Shown: positions 48,880-61,400, counted from the whole stretch's first letter. The stretch is 63,772 nucleotides of DNA, filler included, from Lama guanicoe (GCA_013239625.1; 193 parts of 193 records of this genome joined end to end with filler, not necessarily neighbours in it); one strand, 5' to 3'. The notes: generated by a model from the letters alone, not told the origin. Numbers and translations are program-made.

Positions 48880-50634
48880 NNNNNNNNNNNNNNNNNNNNN
48901 NNNNNNNNNNNNNNNNNNNNNNNTTAATTAATTAANNNNNNNNNNNNNNNNNNNNNNNNNNNNNNNNNNNNNNNNNNNNGGAAAAACACCTGCATAGCAC
49001 ATGGAGAGGAACTCGCTAATACTTGGTTGAAGTGCCCAAACATCACTTTCCTCCGCACTCAGGCCTAGGCAAACCATCAGTGAATTCAAGCTAAGGGATT
49101 CAATTAGAACTCACGGAATGCTCTCAGTTGGACGAACTTCCCCCAGTCAGGATTCCAGAAACCAACTTTGTGTGTGGGAGGTGTGGATCCCCACCCCACG
49201 CAGATGAATGNNNNNNNNNNNNNNNNNNNNNNNNNNNNNNNNNNNNNNNNNNNNTTAATTAATTAANNNNNNNNNNNNNNNNNNNNNNNNNNNNNNNNNN
49301 NNNNNNNNNNTTGGACTCTGGTCTGATTAGAGACAAAGAAAACTAGTTACTCTCTGCCCTGGCGGTGTGGAGGGCACCGGTGGTGTGGCAGTGGTGATAC
49401 ATAGCATCCTGTCCTGGGCTGCTTGTAGCCAGATATTTCAGAGAGGCAGGGCACTGTGTGACCATATATTTGATACCTGATAAGACTTATGTCAAACTAA
49501 TGAGTGTAATGAGATTGGCTGGCTGCCCTGACTCCACTGGANNNNNNNNNNNNNNNNNNNNNNNNNNNNNNNNNNNNNNNNNNNNTTAATTAATTAANNN
49601 NNNNNNNNNNNNNNNNNNNNNNNNNNNNNNNNNNNNNNNNNGAGGTTTGTAAGAAATAAAATAATAAATTTTAAGTTCCTAGCACATAGCAAGCAGGGGT
49701 TCAACGTATGCTATGTGGTAGCCATGACTATTCTGTGGTTGTAGTGTTATTATTCTGTAGTTGCAGGTGGGAGTAGGAATCATGGTAAGAGGGTGTATTT
49801 GTTTTAAATTACTGCTGTGACAATGCCACAAACTTAGTAGCTTAAACACCACAAATGTTTTTATCTCCTAATNNNNNNNNNNNNNNNNNNNNNNNNNNNN
49901 NNNNNNNNNNNNNNNNTTAATTAATTAANNNNNNNNNNNNNNNNNNNNNNNNNNNNNNNNNNNNNNNNNNNNCCCCAGTGCCCTTACCTTCAGAACATAT
50001 CCTGAACCTTAGCACTTTTCATCATCTCCACTGATACAACCATGGTCCAAACTACCACCATTTTTGCCAAGAACATTGCAAAATCCTTCTAGCTGGTCTG
50101 TACACTCATTCTTCTGTAGTCTATTTTCAGTATAGTAGTCCATGGAGTCCTTTACAAACACACAAACAAAAAGTAAGTCATTTCACTCCTGCTCTTAAAA
50201 CAANNNNNNNNNNNNNNNNNNNNNNNNNNNNNNNNNNNNNNNNNNNNTTAATTAATTAANNNNNNNNNNNNNNNNNNNNNNNNNNNNNNNNNNNNNNNNN
50301 NNNTGGAGGCACGCCAGAGGTGTGGGGGCCCCGTGTGCCCTGGGAGTGGGCCTGCGCCCCAGGAAGGGCTGCTTCAGGCATCGGGTCCCCAGAACATGGC
50401 TGGGGTAGACCCCGGAAATGGGGGCTGGATCCTCGCTGTCTTTGGAAAGTTCCAGCTGATCGGGGTGACGATTCATCCAGAATTCGGTGGGTTCTCTGGG
50501 CCCCTAACGTTGATCCGGTCACTCTGCCTGGTGGNNNNNNNNNNNNNNNNNNNNNNNNNNNNNNNNNNNNNNNNNNNNTTAATTAATTAANNNNNNNNNN
50601 NNNNNNNNNNNNNNNNNNNNNNNNNNNNNNNNNN

Positions 50635-50865
50635 AGAAAAATAGAGACAGAGAGAGCCTATTTCTAGACTTACTGCAAAGCTTATGTAATCAAGAGAGTG
50701 AGGTACTATAAAGAGGGGGGGAGATGAATGAAATGGAGTTGAGAATGTATAAATAAATCCTTACACTTATGGCCAGTTGATTTTAGACAAGGATGCCAAG
50801 ACAGTTCAAAGCGGAGAGAGTAAGCTTTTCAACAAAAGATGCTAAGACACATATGCAAAATAAAG
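50635..50865 (+). mobile_element. old L1 ORF2 fragment
   Basis: GACTTACTGCAAAGCT..GTAATCAAGA..TATGGCCAGTTGATTTT.GACAAGGATGCCAAGACA..CTTTTCAACAAA. Confidence 0.85.
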
Positions 50866-50965
50866 NNNNNNNNNNNNNNNNNNNNNNNNNNNNNNNNNNN
50901 NNNNNNNNNTTAATTAATTAANNNNNNNNNNNNNNNNNNNNNNNNNNNNNNNNNNNNNNNNNNNN

Positions 50966-51081
50966 GTGGTAGAGTGCGTGCTTAGCATGCACGAGGTCCT
51001 GGGTTCAGTCCCCACCACTTCCATTTAAAAAATAATTAAGTAAATACATCTAATTATCTCCCTCCTCTCTCAAAAAAAAAA
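50966..51081 (+). mobile_element. Vic-1-type SINE
   Basis: GTGGTAGAGTGCGTGCTTAGCATGCACGAGGTCCTGGGTTC retains the tRNA-Ala(AGC) anticodon arm; AT-rich tail with CTAATTA and poly-A. Confidence 0.92.
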
Positions 51082-52289
51082 TAGAATAATTCACATCAGC
51101 TTTACTCTTTTTAACTATAACTGGCAACTTATCAAAAGATGGACGAGTTTAAAAAGTCTTGTAAGTATAAGTCTTGTGCCCTTTCCATGTATAATGNNNN
51201 NNNNNNNNNNNNNNNNNNNNNNNNNNNNNNNNNNNNNNNNTTAATTAATTAANNNNNNNNNNNNNNNNNNNNNNNNNNNNNNNNNNNNNNNNNNNNCAGC
51301 TCAGTTGTACTCAGTCCCCAGAATAATTCCCACATGCGCACCACACAGAGTCACACAGCATCCACCCCCTGCCATCACCCCTGCACTCCGGTGCTCCAGA
51401 TATGTGCTCCTGCAGTCCCACTGCCCCGGGGGACTGGGCCTCACCTCCTTCCCACTGAGCACATGCTTTCTCTTACCCCAGGCCCAGCTCAGAAGTCACC
51501 TCCTATCAAGAACTCTTCCTGCCCCATNNNNNNNNNNNNNNNNNNNNNNNNNNNNNNNNNNNNNNNNNNNNTTAATTAATTAANNNNNNNNNNNNNNNNN
51601 NNNNNNNNNNNNNNNNNNNNNNNNNNNACAAAACCAGCATCTCAGATGTTCTTTATCTTCACACTCACTTCTCCACCAGCCACATCTGGAATTGTCCCTC
51701 ATTGGACGTGCCAAGGCTGTTACCCACTGGGAGCAAAGCCACACATGAAGATTTAGGCTGGGTAAGAGCTCTGCTGTCTTTTGTAAAGAGAGGAAAGGGT
51801 AACCATGAAAGGGAGGTGGAGGGGAAGGGAGGACATCCTGACTCCGAAGTGTGGCCTCNNNNNNNNNNNNNNNNNNNNNNNNNNNNNNNNNNNNNNNNNN
51901 NNTTAATTAATTAANNNNNNNNNNNNNNNNNNNNNNNNNNNNNNNNNNNNNNNNNNNNACGTGGAAACCAGGTGCCTTTGGAACTCATCGCACAAAGGGT
52001 TCACGTAGATCAAACAGCAACTAGTGGCAGAAGAATTTGAATCATCACAAGGACAAAGGGCCAGAACAAAAGTAAGAAGAAACTGCGCTGCAGCACACTG
52101 GACCATATTCATAACAAAACTAATGATTTAGTTTCAGCGTACCACCCTTATCAGTCACATCATGGGAATAAAATGCATATGAGGACTTTNNNNNNNNNNN
52201 NNNNNNNNNNNNNNNNNNNNNNNNNNNNNNNNNTTAATTAATTAANNNNNNNNNNNNNNNNNNNNNNNNNNNNNNNNNNNNNNNNNNNN

Positions 52290-52520
52290 AAAAACAATCC
52301 AGTTAGAAAATGGACAGAGACATGAAGAGAAAGTCCACTGAAGAATGTATGTAGATGGCAAAAAGGCACCTGAAAAGATATTCTATATTATTAGCCTTCA
52401 GAGGATACTATTCAGCCATAAAGAAGGAAATACTCCCCTTTGCTATAACATGGATGAACTTTGAGGGCATTATGCTAAGTGAAATGAGTCAGAGAAAGAC
52501 AAATACTATATGTTGTCACA
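52290..52520 (+). mobile_element. L1 3' region with internal discontinuity
   Basis: AAACAATCCAGTTAGAAAATGG..ATGGCAAAAAGGCAC.TGAAAAGAT jumps to TACTATTCAGCCATAAAGAAGGAAAT..GAGGGCATTATGCTAAGTGAAAT. Confidence 0.85.
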
Positions 52521-52620
52521 NNNNNNNNNNNNNNNNNNNNNNNNNNNNNNNNNNNNNNNNNNNNTTAATTAATTAANNNNNNNNNNNNNNNNNNNNNNNN
52601 NNNNNNNNNNNNNNNNNNNN

Positions 52621-52767
52621 GGACCTTGTTATTTATCTATTTTATATATAGTAGTTAGTATCTGCAAATTCCGAGCTCCCAAATATATATATATGTAAGT
52701 GAATCACCATACTGTACACCAGAAATTAACACAACAATGTAAATCAACTATACTTAAATAAAAAAAA
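52621..52767. mobile_element. L1 3' UTR with inverted 5' segment (minus 52621-52683, plus 52684-52767 ending in poly-A)
   Basis: Both segments match the L1 3' UTR seen at 4631, 57254 and 62881, in opposite orientations. Confidence 0.8.
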
Positions 52768-54275
52768 CATTTCTTCCTGATAGCTTATATCTACAAAAGC
52801 CGGATAAATTACAAAGTCACAAATTTAAATGCTTCAGGAAGAGCTAGATGGNNNNNNNNNNNNNNNNNNNNNNNNNNNNNNNNNNNNNNNNNNNNTTAAT
52901 TAATTAANNNNNNNNNNNNNNNNNNNNNNNNNNNNNNNNNNNNNNNNNNNNTTTGTTGAACTTGGAAGTTTTGGTTCCAGTTTCCAATACATACCTATTA
53001 GTACTAACTTTTTACTGTACCATAATTACACTAGATTCCTGTGCTATTCGCTTAGACAAGATTAAACAAAGAAGCTATAATCTCAATACTTACCTTTTTT
53101 AAGGAGTAACTTTAAGTCTTCTAAGGGTTCACAAAAACTCTCATTCCCCAGGCCTCTCAGGAGTTGGGTCATTTTCTGATTCNNNNNNNNNNNNNNNNNN
53201 NNNNNNNNNNNNNNNNNNNNNNNNNNTTAATTAATTAANNNNNNNNNNNNNNNNNNNNNNNNNNNNNNNNNNNNNNNNNNNNCTTGTTTTGCTACAGGTA
53301 CATGTATACGTGTGTCTGTGCATGTATATCCATGTGTAAGTGTGTGTGTGCATGTGTTTATGTCTTTCTTTCATGTCTTATCCCTTCTTATGTGACTAAA
53401 GGCGAACACAACAGTAATTCACCACAGTTTTCTTCCCGCCTTCACGCTTCTGCTGGGACACGTACCTCCTCCTGCCCTCAGGCTGGGCTTTCCGGCAACG
53501 GCTCCCCTAGTTCNNNNNNNNNNNNNNNNNNNNNNNNNNNNNNNNNNNNNNNNNNNNTTAATTAATTAANNNNNNNNNNNNNNNNNNNNNNNNNNNNNNN
53601 NNNNNNNNNNNNNTCCTTGTTTTACAGACAAAGAAGCCAAGACCCATGGGGGATAGTGACCCGCACAACATCACTTGGGGTTCCAGGCGTGACGAGGCGC
53701 TAGATCCCAGGTTTCCAAAACCGCAGTATCGTGTGTTAGACTCCTGAAGGGGTGACAGAAAGGAAGCATACCTCTACAGAATTGCAAAAGTTGCGTTTAC
53801 TCAAGCATCAAGGCTGCTATACCAAAATAACTATCCAGGACGACNNNNNNNNNNNNNNNNNNNNNNNNNNNNNNNNNNNNNNNNNNNNTTAATTAATTAA
53901 NNNNNNNNNNNNNNNNNNNNNNNNNNNNNNNNNNNNNNNNNNNNGAAATATCTGGAGGTAAAATCCATGCTGGTTTTTGTGTGTGTGTGTGTGTGTGGTG
54001 GGGAAGCAGAAGGAGGAGGAGGAGATGCTGGCCCATGATTTTTTAAAAATAACATTAAAACGGTTAAGCGTATATTTTACTAGAATTTTAAAAGTTAAAA
54101 ACACGTATCTTGTGAGATCTGGCCTAGGGGTAGGTTGGATTAGAACATGTTCTGATTTTTTTAGATGAAATGAGCNNNNNNNNNNNNNNNNNNNNNNNNN
54201 NNNNNNNNNNNNNNNNNNNTTAATTAATTAANNNNNNNNNNNNNNNNNNNNNNNNNNNNNNNNNNNNNNNNNNNN

Positions 54276-54506
54276 GTCCAAACCCCACATCAAGACCCCC
54301 AGCCCAGGGGACCTGCATTGGAAACACAAGCCTCCCATAATATCTGGCTTTGAAAACCAGCTGGGCTTCTGTCTGGGAGAGCAGGAGGAGTGTAGGAAAC
54401 AGTCTCTGCTCTCCAAGGGCACATGCAAAAAGTCACTCCAAGTCCCAGCACAGAGGCAGCAGCCTGAAAAGTGTCTGGGTCATATGCAAAGAAAATTAAT
54501 TGACTA
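54276..54506 (+). mobile_element. L1 5' region (laurasiatherian L1M-type)
   Basis: CCCCACATCA..CCCAGCCCAGGGG..ATCTGGCTTTGAAAACCAG..CAGCACAGAGGCAGCAG..TGAAAAG. Confidence 0.65.
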
Positions 54507-55268
54507 NNNNNNNNNNNNNNNNNNNNNNNNNNNNNNNNNNNNNNNNNNNNTTAATTAATTAANNNNNNNNNNNNNNNNNNNNNNNNNNNNNNNNNNNNNN
54601 NNNNNNGGAGGGGAGGCGAGGGGAGAGGGCCTCGAGGTGTTGAGCAGGGAAAATGTTTGAAATCCAAGTCTCCTGGATGCTGGCAGCCCGGCGCCTGTTG
54701 TTAGACAGTCTGATGAACCCTGATAAACCCCGCACCCACCTGGTCCCCGCCAGGCCGGGAAACCTTAGCACCCCAGAGAGCGGAGGGTGCGGGAGGGGTG
54801 CGGGGAGCCAGGCTGCTGGGAGCCGGGGAGGGGCTTTNNNNNNNNNNNNNNNNNNNNNNNNNNNNNNNNNNNNNNNNNNNNTTAATTAATTAANNNNNNN
54901 NNNNNNNNNNNNNNNNNNNNNNNNNNNNNNNNNNNNNTTCAAGAGATCCAGTCTTGAATTTGCAGATTCAAAATTCAATTTCCCCCAGCAACTATAATTC
55001 ATCATTTACACATGGATAGCACACATGTATACATATATACACAACCACATAATGCATATATTTCAATAGTTTATAATTTATTAGTAATACTTATAGAAAA
55101 ATTAGTTATTTACTAACATGGCCATGATAATACAACATAGTATATTAATGGGAATGTAGAAACAAAATNNNNNNNNNNNNNNNNNNNNNNNNNNNNNNNN
55201 NNNNNNNNNNNNTTAATTAATTAANNNNNNNNNNNNNNNNNNNNNNNNNNNNNNNNNNNNNNNNNNNN

Positions 55269-55499
55269 CAGGGTACCCTGGGGAAGCCATCCCGCAACAC
55301 CCGGGCCTCCCCAAGGCCGACCCGGACACTTGTGGGCTAGTTTCTTTTGCAGGAAGTCCACTCTCCCATTCGTGGCCACAGTGTTGGAGTCCCCAGAGCG
55401 CTCTGAATCGCCCCAGACGTCCACCAGCACCATGACCGGCGAGCTGGCTCGGGAAGCCATGGGGAAGCAGCAGCCTGGCGGCCAGCCTGGCGAAACCAA
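55269..55499 (+). pseudogene. PPDPF: PPDPF processed pseudogene fragment
   Basis: YPGEAIPQHPGLPKADP / 1-nt frameshift near 55322-55326 / GHLWASFFCRKSTLPFVATVLESPERSESPQ..LAREAMGKQQPGGQP, versus PPDPF CPGEAIPHPPGLPKADPGHWWASFFFGKSTLPFMATVLESAEHSEPPQ; no intron in the span. Confidence 0.9.
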
Positions 55500-55599
55500 N
55501 NNNNNNNNNNNNNNNNNNNNNNNNNNNNNNNNNNNNNNNNNNNTTAATTAATTAANNNNNNNNNNNNNNNNNNNNNNNNNNNNNNNNNNNNNNNNNNNN

Positions 55600-55830
55600 A
55601 AGGCCACTAGGTGTGGTGTTGTCAGTTTTTATGGTCTCAGTAGCTTCATATGCTTACAGGTGGGACCATTCCAACTACCCTGGGGCTGAGATTCCCAGGA
55701 AATGGGCCACCGCCCATTCTTTAGCCTTTTGCGGTCATCCTTGGGACTGTCGTGGCGCCTGCATGCATGTCATCTATCACGCCATTACAATGAGCATATA
55801 ATGAAGCTCAAGGTCTACTAGAAGTCAAAC
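55600..55830 (-). mobile_element. ERV1 LTR (LTR39-like, cetartiodactyl)
   Basis: ATTCCAACTA..CCAGGAAATGGGCCACCGCCCA..ACTGTCGTGGCGC..TTACAATGAGCATATAATGAAGCTCAAGGTCTA. Confidence 0.7.
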
Positions 55831-56126
55831 NNNNNNNNNNNNNNNNNNNNNNNNNNNNNNNNNNNNNNNNNNNNTTAATTAATTAANNNNNNNNNNNNNN
55901 NNNNNNNNNNNNNNNNNNNNNNNNNNNNNNCAAAGGAAGATGAATCCTGCTGCATACTGTTCTTTGTGACACCCAGGCACAATAATTGTTCTTCCACCTA
56001 ACTGATGATGTGTTGATTCTAAGTTAATCCTCTTCTTATGAAGTTAATCTTTCGGATTGGCTGTTATTACCCTAGAACAACATTAAGGTTTGAAAAATCA
56101 GAGAGTGAGAGAACAAACTACTGTAC

Positions 56127-56161
56127 CTTTGCACGTTGTCGACTGCATGTACATTTGCCCC
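56127..56161 (-). CDS. 3' end of an ankyrin-repeat exon, ANKRD26/ANKRD62/POTE-family (GANVHAVDNVQR)
   Basis: Ankyrin GANVxAxD motif ending in phase-2 donor AAG|GTACAGTAG; donor position and following intron resemble this family as recalled. Confidence 0.7.
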
Positions 56162-56923
56162 NNNNNNNNNNNNNNNNNNNNNNNNNNNNNNNNNNNNNNN
56201 NNNNNTTAATTAATTAANNNNNNNNNNNNNNNNNNNNNNNNNNNNNNNNNNNNNNNNNNNNCTAATCCATAGTTGTGAAGATTAAAAGAGAGAAAAAAAT
56301 TTTTTAAAGCGCATTGATTTCCTCCATGGAGGGTTTGGGCTTCATCACTCATCTTCTTGGATTAAATCTCCATATAATCAATGTGCACTGATGGAGGCTT
56401 CTGGCCACCATGCTCTGCGCACATTTATTCCTGTGTTTACCCAGCACACCGATGCCTGGCTCTGTCCTGTGGGTGGTGGGAGGAGGGGCAAANNNNNNNN
56501 NNNNNNNNNNNNNNNNNNNNNNNNNNNNNNNNNNNNTTAATTAATTAANNNNNNNNNNNNNNNNNNNNNNNNNNNNNNNNNNNNNNNNNNNNACACAACA
56601 GAAACTATACACAGGACAAAGGCTGCCATCTTATTTATGCTACTTTTCTTAACATTGTCAAAGAATCTCAAATACAGTGCACAACTGGATGAAGGAAGAG
56701 CAATAAACTTCGATGCATTTTGTGTTAACGGGTAAGAAACCCCACCACCAACAGAAACAACCTTTTACAAGCCCAGGAGTATCATGAAGACTCCTTCTTT
56801 GAAATGCTGTATATTATATAATANNNNNNNNNNNNNNNNNNNNNNNNNNNNNNNNNNNNNNNNNNNNTTAATTAATTAANNNNNNNNNNNNNNNNNNNNN
56901 NNNNNNNNNNNNNNNNNNNNNNN

Positions 56924-57153
56924 TAGAATGTATAACACGGAATTTAGAATATAGAATACAGAATACAGAATATTGAATGTAGAAAACAGAATGTAGAACA
57001 CAGAATATAGAATACAGAATACAGAATATAGAATGTAGAAAATAGAATGTTGAACTCAGAATATAGAATTTAGAATACAGAATACAGAACCCACAAATTA
57101 GAACATGGAATGAAGAACACATATTATAGGATATAGAATACAGAATACAGAAC
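56924..57153 (+). repeat. degenerate 7-bp tandem repeat (AGAATAY)n filling the contig
   Basis: AGAATAT/AGAATAC/AGAATGT/AGAACAC units, about 33 copies. Confidence 0.95.
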
Positions 57154-57253
57154 NNNNNNNNNNNNNNNNNNNNNNNNNNNNNNNNNNNNNNNNNNNNTTA
57201 ATTAATTAANNNNNNNNNNNNNNNNNNNNNNNNNNNNNNNNNNNNNNNNNNNN

Positions 57254-57484
57254 AGGATTATTTTATTTATTTTTATTGAAGTGTAGTTGATGTACAATGT
57301 TGTGTTAGTTTCAGGTACACAGCAGTGATTCAGCTACACGTACGCATACATATCCTTTTTCAGATTCATTTCCACTACACATTATTACAAGATACTGAGT
57401 ATAGTGTCCTGTGCTGTACTGTGGGTCCTTGTTGTTTATCTGTTTTATATGTAGTAGTGTGTATCTGTTAATCCCAAACTCCTA
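57254..57484 (-). mobile_element. L1 3' UTR end with poly-A remnant
   Basis: TTTTTATTGAAGTGTAGTTGATGTACAATGTTGTGTTAGTTTCAGGT..TAATCCCAAACTCCTA. Confidence 0.9.
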
Positions 57485-57915
57485 NNNNNNNNNNNNNNNN
57501 NNNNNNNNNNNNNNNNNNNNNNNNNNNNTTAATTAATTAANNNNNNNNNNNNNNNNNNNNNNNNNNNNNNNNNNNNNNNNNNNNCCTTTCTATGTTATTA
57601 GAATATTCTTCTAGAACAACAGTTCTTTAACAGCAAAAAGTAAGGAGCATTTACCAGAATAAACTAGAGCTGGCTGTTTTGGGAACAACAAGTGTGAAAT
57701 GAGTTAAGATCTTGGTGGACACCTCTGAAAGTGTGTTTTGAAAATCCCACCAGGAGATTCTGATAGCCAACCAAACTTCTCACTCCCATTAGAAAACCTC
57801 TTTCTAGAATATGTTNNNNNNNNNNNNNNNNNNNNNNNNNNNNNNNNNNNNNNNNNNNNTTAATTAATTAANNNNNNNNNNNNNNNNNNNNNNNNNNNNN
57901 NNNNNNNNNNNNNNN

Positions 57916-58146
57916 TCTCTTTCTGGCTTACTACATTTAGACTGATTTTCCCCAGGAGCATCCATATTGCTGAAAATGGCGTTATGTTGTCATTTTATAT
58001 GGCTGACTACTATTCCATTGTAAAATTATACAACCTCTTCTTTTTCCAGTCAACTGTCAGTGGACATTTAGGCTGTTTCCATGTCTTGGTTATTGTAAAT
58101 GTTGCTGGCTATGAACATTGAGGTTCAAGTGTCATCCTGAATTAGG
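57916..58146 (-). mobile_element. L1 3' fragment
   Basis: CATCCATATTGCTGAAAATGGC..TATTCCATTGT..TGGACATTTAGGCTGTTTCCATGTCTTGG. Confidence 0.92.
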
Positions 58147-58246
58147 NNNNNNNNNNNNNNNNNNNNNNNNNNNNNNNNNNNNNNNNNNNNTTAATTAATT
58201 AANNNNNNNNNNNNNNNNNNNNNNNNNNNNNNNNNNNNNNNNNNNN

Positions 58247-58477
58247 GGAAATGAAAACAGAATCTCATAGAGATATCTGCACTCCACATCTTCACTGTAG
58301 CATTATTCATGATAGCCAAGATGTGGAAACAATGTAAATGCCCCTCTATGGATGAATGGATTAAAAAAGATGAATAATCGAATATTATTCAGCCATGAGC
58401 AAAAAGGACATTCTGTCATTTTCATTATTGTGGATGGAACATGAGGGCATTATGCAAAGAGAAATAAGTCGACAGAG
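58247..58477 (+). mobile_element. L1MA/MB 3' fragment
   Basis: AGAGATATCTGCACTCC..GCATTATTCA..ATAGCCAAGATGTGGAAACAA..GGATGAATGGAT. Confidence 0.92.
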
Positions 58478-61400
58478 NNNNNNNNNNNNNNNNNNNNNNN
58501 NNNNNNNNNNNNNNNNNNNNNTTAATTAATTAANNNNNNNNNNNNNNNNNNNNNNNNNNNNNNNNNNNNNNNNNNNNCAAAACCAATACCCAACAGTTCC
58601 AACATAACCTCTGGTTTAAAAAAAAATATATCACAACAACAAGTTTCATTCTACTGTCTTGGCCATGTCACCATTACTCCACACGCCTCTTAGAAAGCAA
58701 CCAAGGGCAGTTCTGCCGCTAAGCTGGCTCCACCCTGGCCCTCGCCAGCCCATACAACCTCAGAGGTCTACCCAGAGTGTCCATCCAATTGCTGGCCCAA
58801 ACTGGCCCNNNNNNNNNNNNNNNNNNNNNNNNNNNNNNNNNNNNNNNNNNNNTTAATTAATTAANNNNNNNNNNNNNNNNNNNNNNNNNNNNNNNNNNNN
58901 NNNNNNNNAATCCTGCAAAAGGCTAAAGAAAAGAATATTTTATTAATGTGCAAATGTCCTGTGGTGAGATGGGGGTGTGGCAGGTTGAAGGGACTGTAAG
59001 AGCGATGGGGCTGAATCAAGAAGTCCTCTTGGTGCAGTCATACTGGTGAGGTGGGCAGGAATCAGCCTTTCTGTTTTTAAGCCTTTTGAGGATTTGATCT
59101 TGCCAGAAAATCACAGGAAATTATTGAATACCTTAAGCANNNNNNNNNNNNNNNNNNNNNNNNNNNNNNNNNNNNNNNNNNNNTTAATTAATTAANNNNN
59201 NNNNNNNNNNNNNNNNNNNNNNNNNNNNNNNNNNNNNNNAGAACAGTTGAAAAATCAATGATAAAGAGAATATCGTGCTAATGTCCGGGAATAATTTCCT
59301 CAGGGAAGGAGACTTCATTCAGATGAGCACCCCTGAATGTCTGCCACTGTGTCTGTGTCCCCATGTTGGGCCACAGACCCCCCACGCCTCCCCAGAAGAC
59401 CCACCAAACTAGCAGAAAATTCCTGGAAACTATGCTCCACTGAAACAAAGAAATAAAGAAACTGAAGAAANNNNNNNNNNNNNNNNNNNNNNNNNNNNNN
59501 NNNNNNNNNNNNNNTTAATTAATTAANNNNNNNNNNNNNNNNNNNNNNNNNNNNNNNNNNNNNNNNNNNNTGGGCTTGTTTCTTTGGAGCCTTGGTAGTC
59601 TCCTCAGAGGGCCACCTCCAGGGGCTGGAAGAAGAGGAGCACGGAGGAGCTCGGGACCCTGGGCCTGTCATCTGACATCCTGGGTCTCAGTCTCCCCACG
59701 TGTAAAGTGCAAGGATACGAGGAGAGGACCCCGCCAGAGGCTCTTCTGAGTCCTGCAACTGCCTGATGCTAGGACACGAGGAGGAGAGGGTGGAGAACAG
59801 GNNNNNNNNNNNNNNNNNNNNNNNNNNNNNNNNNNNNNNNNNNNNTTAATTAATTAANNNNNNNNNNNNNNNNNNNNNNNNNNNNNNNNNNNNNNNNNNN
59901 NAGAATCTGACACTATAAATACTGAAATAAATACTCCAAAACTTGAACAGTTTCCAAAGAGGTAAGAACTAACGGCAGGATCATTATATAACAGGAAACA
60001 TCTCAAGTATTCCTAAAGACTGCAGCTCTCAGGAGGGAAAAAACACAGCTTCCTGAAGAAATCCAGTGTTTCGAGCAGCTGTAGCAGTAACTTCCGATTA
60101 ACATGTATTGTTTCCATTTTGAAACTCAGACCNNNNNNNNNNNNNNNNNNNNNNNNNNNNNNNNNNNNNNNNNNNNTTAATTAATTAANNNNNNNNNNNN
60201 NNNNNNNNNNNNNNNNNNNNNNNNNNNNNNNNAGCAATTGTTAGTGTTTGTCAGATTCAGCTGGAGAGGAGGTTAAAAATACAGATACTGAGGACTCGCG
60301 TCCTGATGGAGGGAGTTTGGAGGGAGTGGGTGTTTCAGGGTGATGAGGCTGCTTGATTCAAGTGTGATGAATGAGATCGTGGTGGGTCAGAGCACCTTCA
60401 TTTGTGCCTCCATCGGCATCCAAGATGGTCTTGTGGGTACATGGAAAAGAAATAGCTCAATAANNNNNNNNNNNNNNNNNNNNNNNNNNNNNNNNNNNNN
60501 NNNNNNNTTAATTAATTAANNNNNNNNNNNNNNNNNNNNNNNNNNNNNNNNNNNNNNNNNNNNCCCCATCTCAATATTAACACCTTTCTGTGCAGTTTGT
60601 CATTTAGTATTGGAAATAGTCCACAGCTCAGCTGTGTAGATATAGAAACTGAGGCTCAGAGAGGTGATAGGACTGCCAGACGCCACACAGCAAGACAGTA
60701 GGAGGGGAAGAATTCCACTTTTTATATGTCTCACCAACTCACATCCCCTCCACCCCACCAAAGCCTACAACATCTGAGCTGTAAAATCAGGACTNNNNNN
60801 NNNNNNNNNNNNNNNNNNNNNNNNNNNNNNNNNNNNNNTTAATTAATTAANNNNNNNNNNNNNNNNNNNNNNNNNNNNNNNNNNNNNNNNNNNNTTCCCT
60901 TTGGGCCTCCTCCGTCCCTCTCTAAGGGGCCGTGTGCGTCTGCATTACACATTACCCAGAGCCCCTCAAAGATGGCAGTGCCTGCTCAACTCTGAAGATC
61001 AATTTTTCTCCCTTTCTTCTGGTGCTAGCAATGTAACTTTTGAAAAGACTAGCATTCTTTCCTGACTCTGTAGGGGGCCATAGTGACTTACTGCTCACTT
61101 TGAATGTGCTTAGCTGGACTACACANNNNNNNNNNNNNNNNNNNNNNNNNNNNNNNNNNNNNNNNNNNNTTAATTAATTAANNNNNNNNNNNNNNNNNNN
61201 NNNNNNNNNNNNNNNNNNNNNNNNNGGCGGTAGGCCTGGCCTGGCGACAGGCGCAGGCAGGCGGACACGGCCCCGGTGGGCTCAGGCAGCAGGCCCGCCC
61301 TCGAGGGGACGCTTTGGGAGCTGTTTCCTTCCTCTGCAGCCTCACCACACAGGGACCTTGGACACCCTGACACTCACCCCGCCCCGGCGTCCGCGTGCAT

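Noticed and set aside
50966..51025. tRNA-Ala(AGC) gene
   Set aside because: The T-arm and acceptor region are mutated and followed by the Vic-1 tail and poly-A; it is a SINE. The same applies to the other copies.
51959..52075. Exon ending at AAAA|GTAAGA
   Set aside because: All three plus-strand frames contain stops upstream of the donor.
56868..57122. Hydrophobic repeat protein ORF (FCILYS repeats)
   Set aside because: Antisense translation of the 7-bp tandem repeat.
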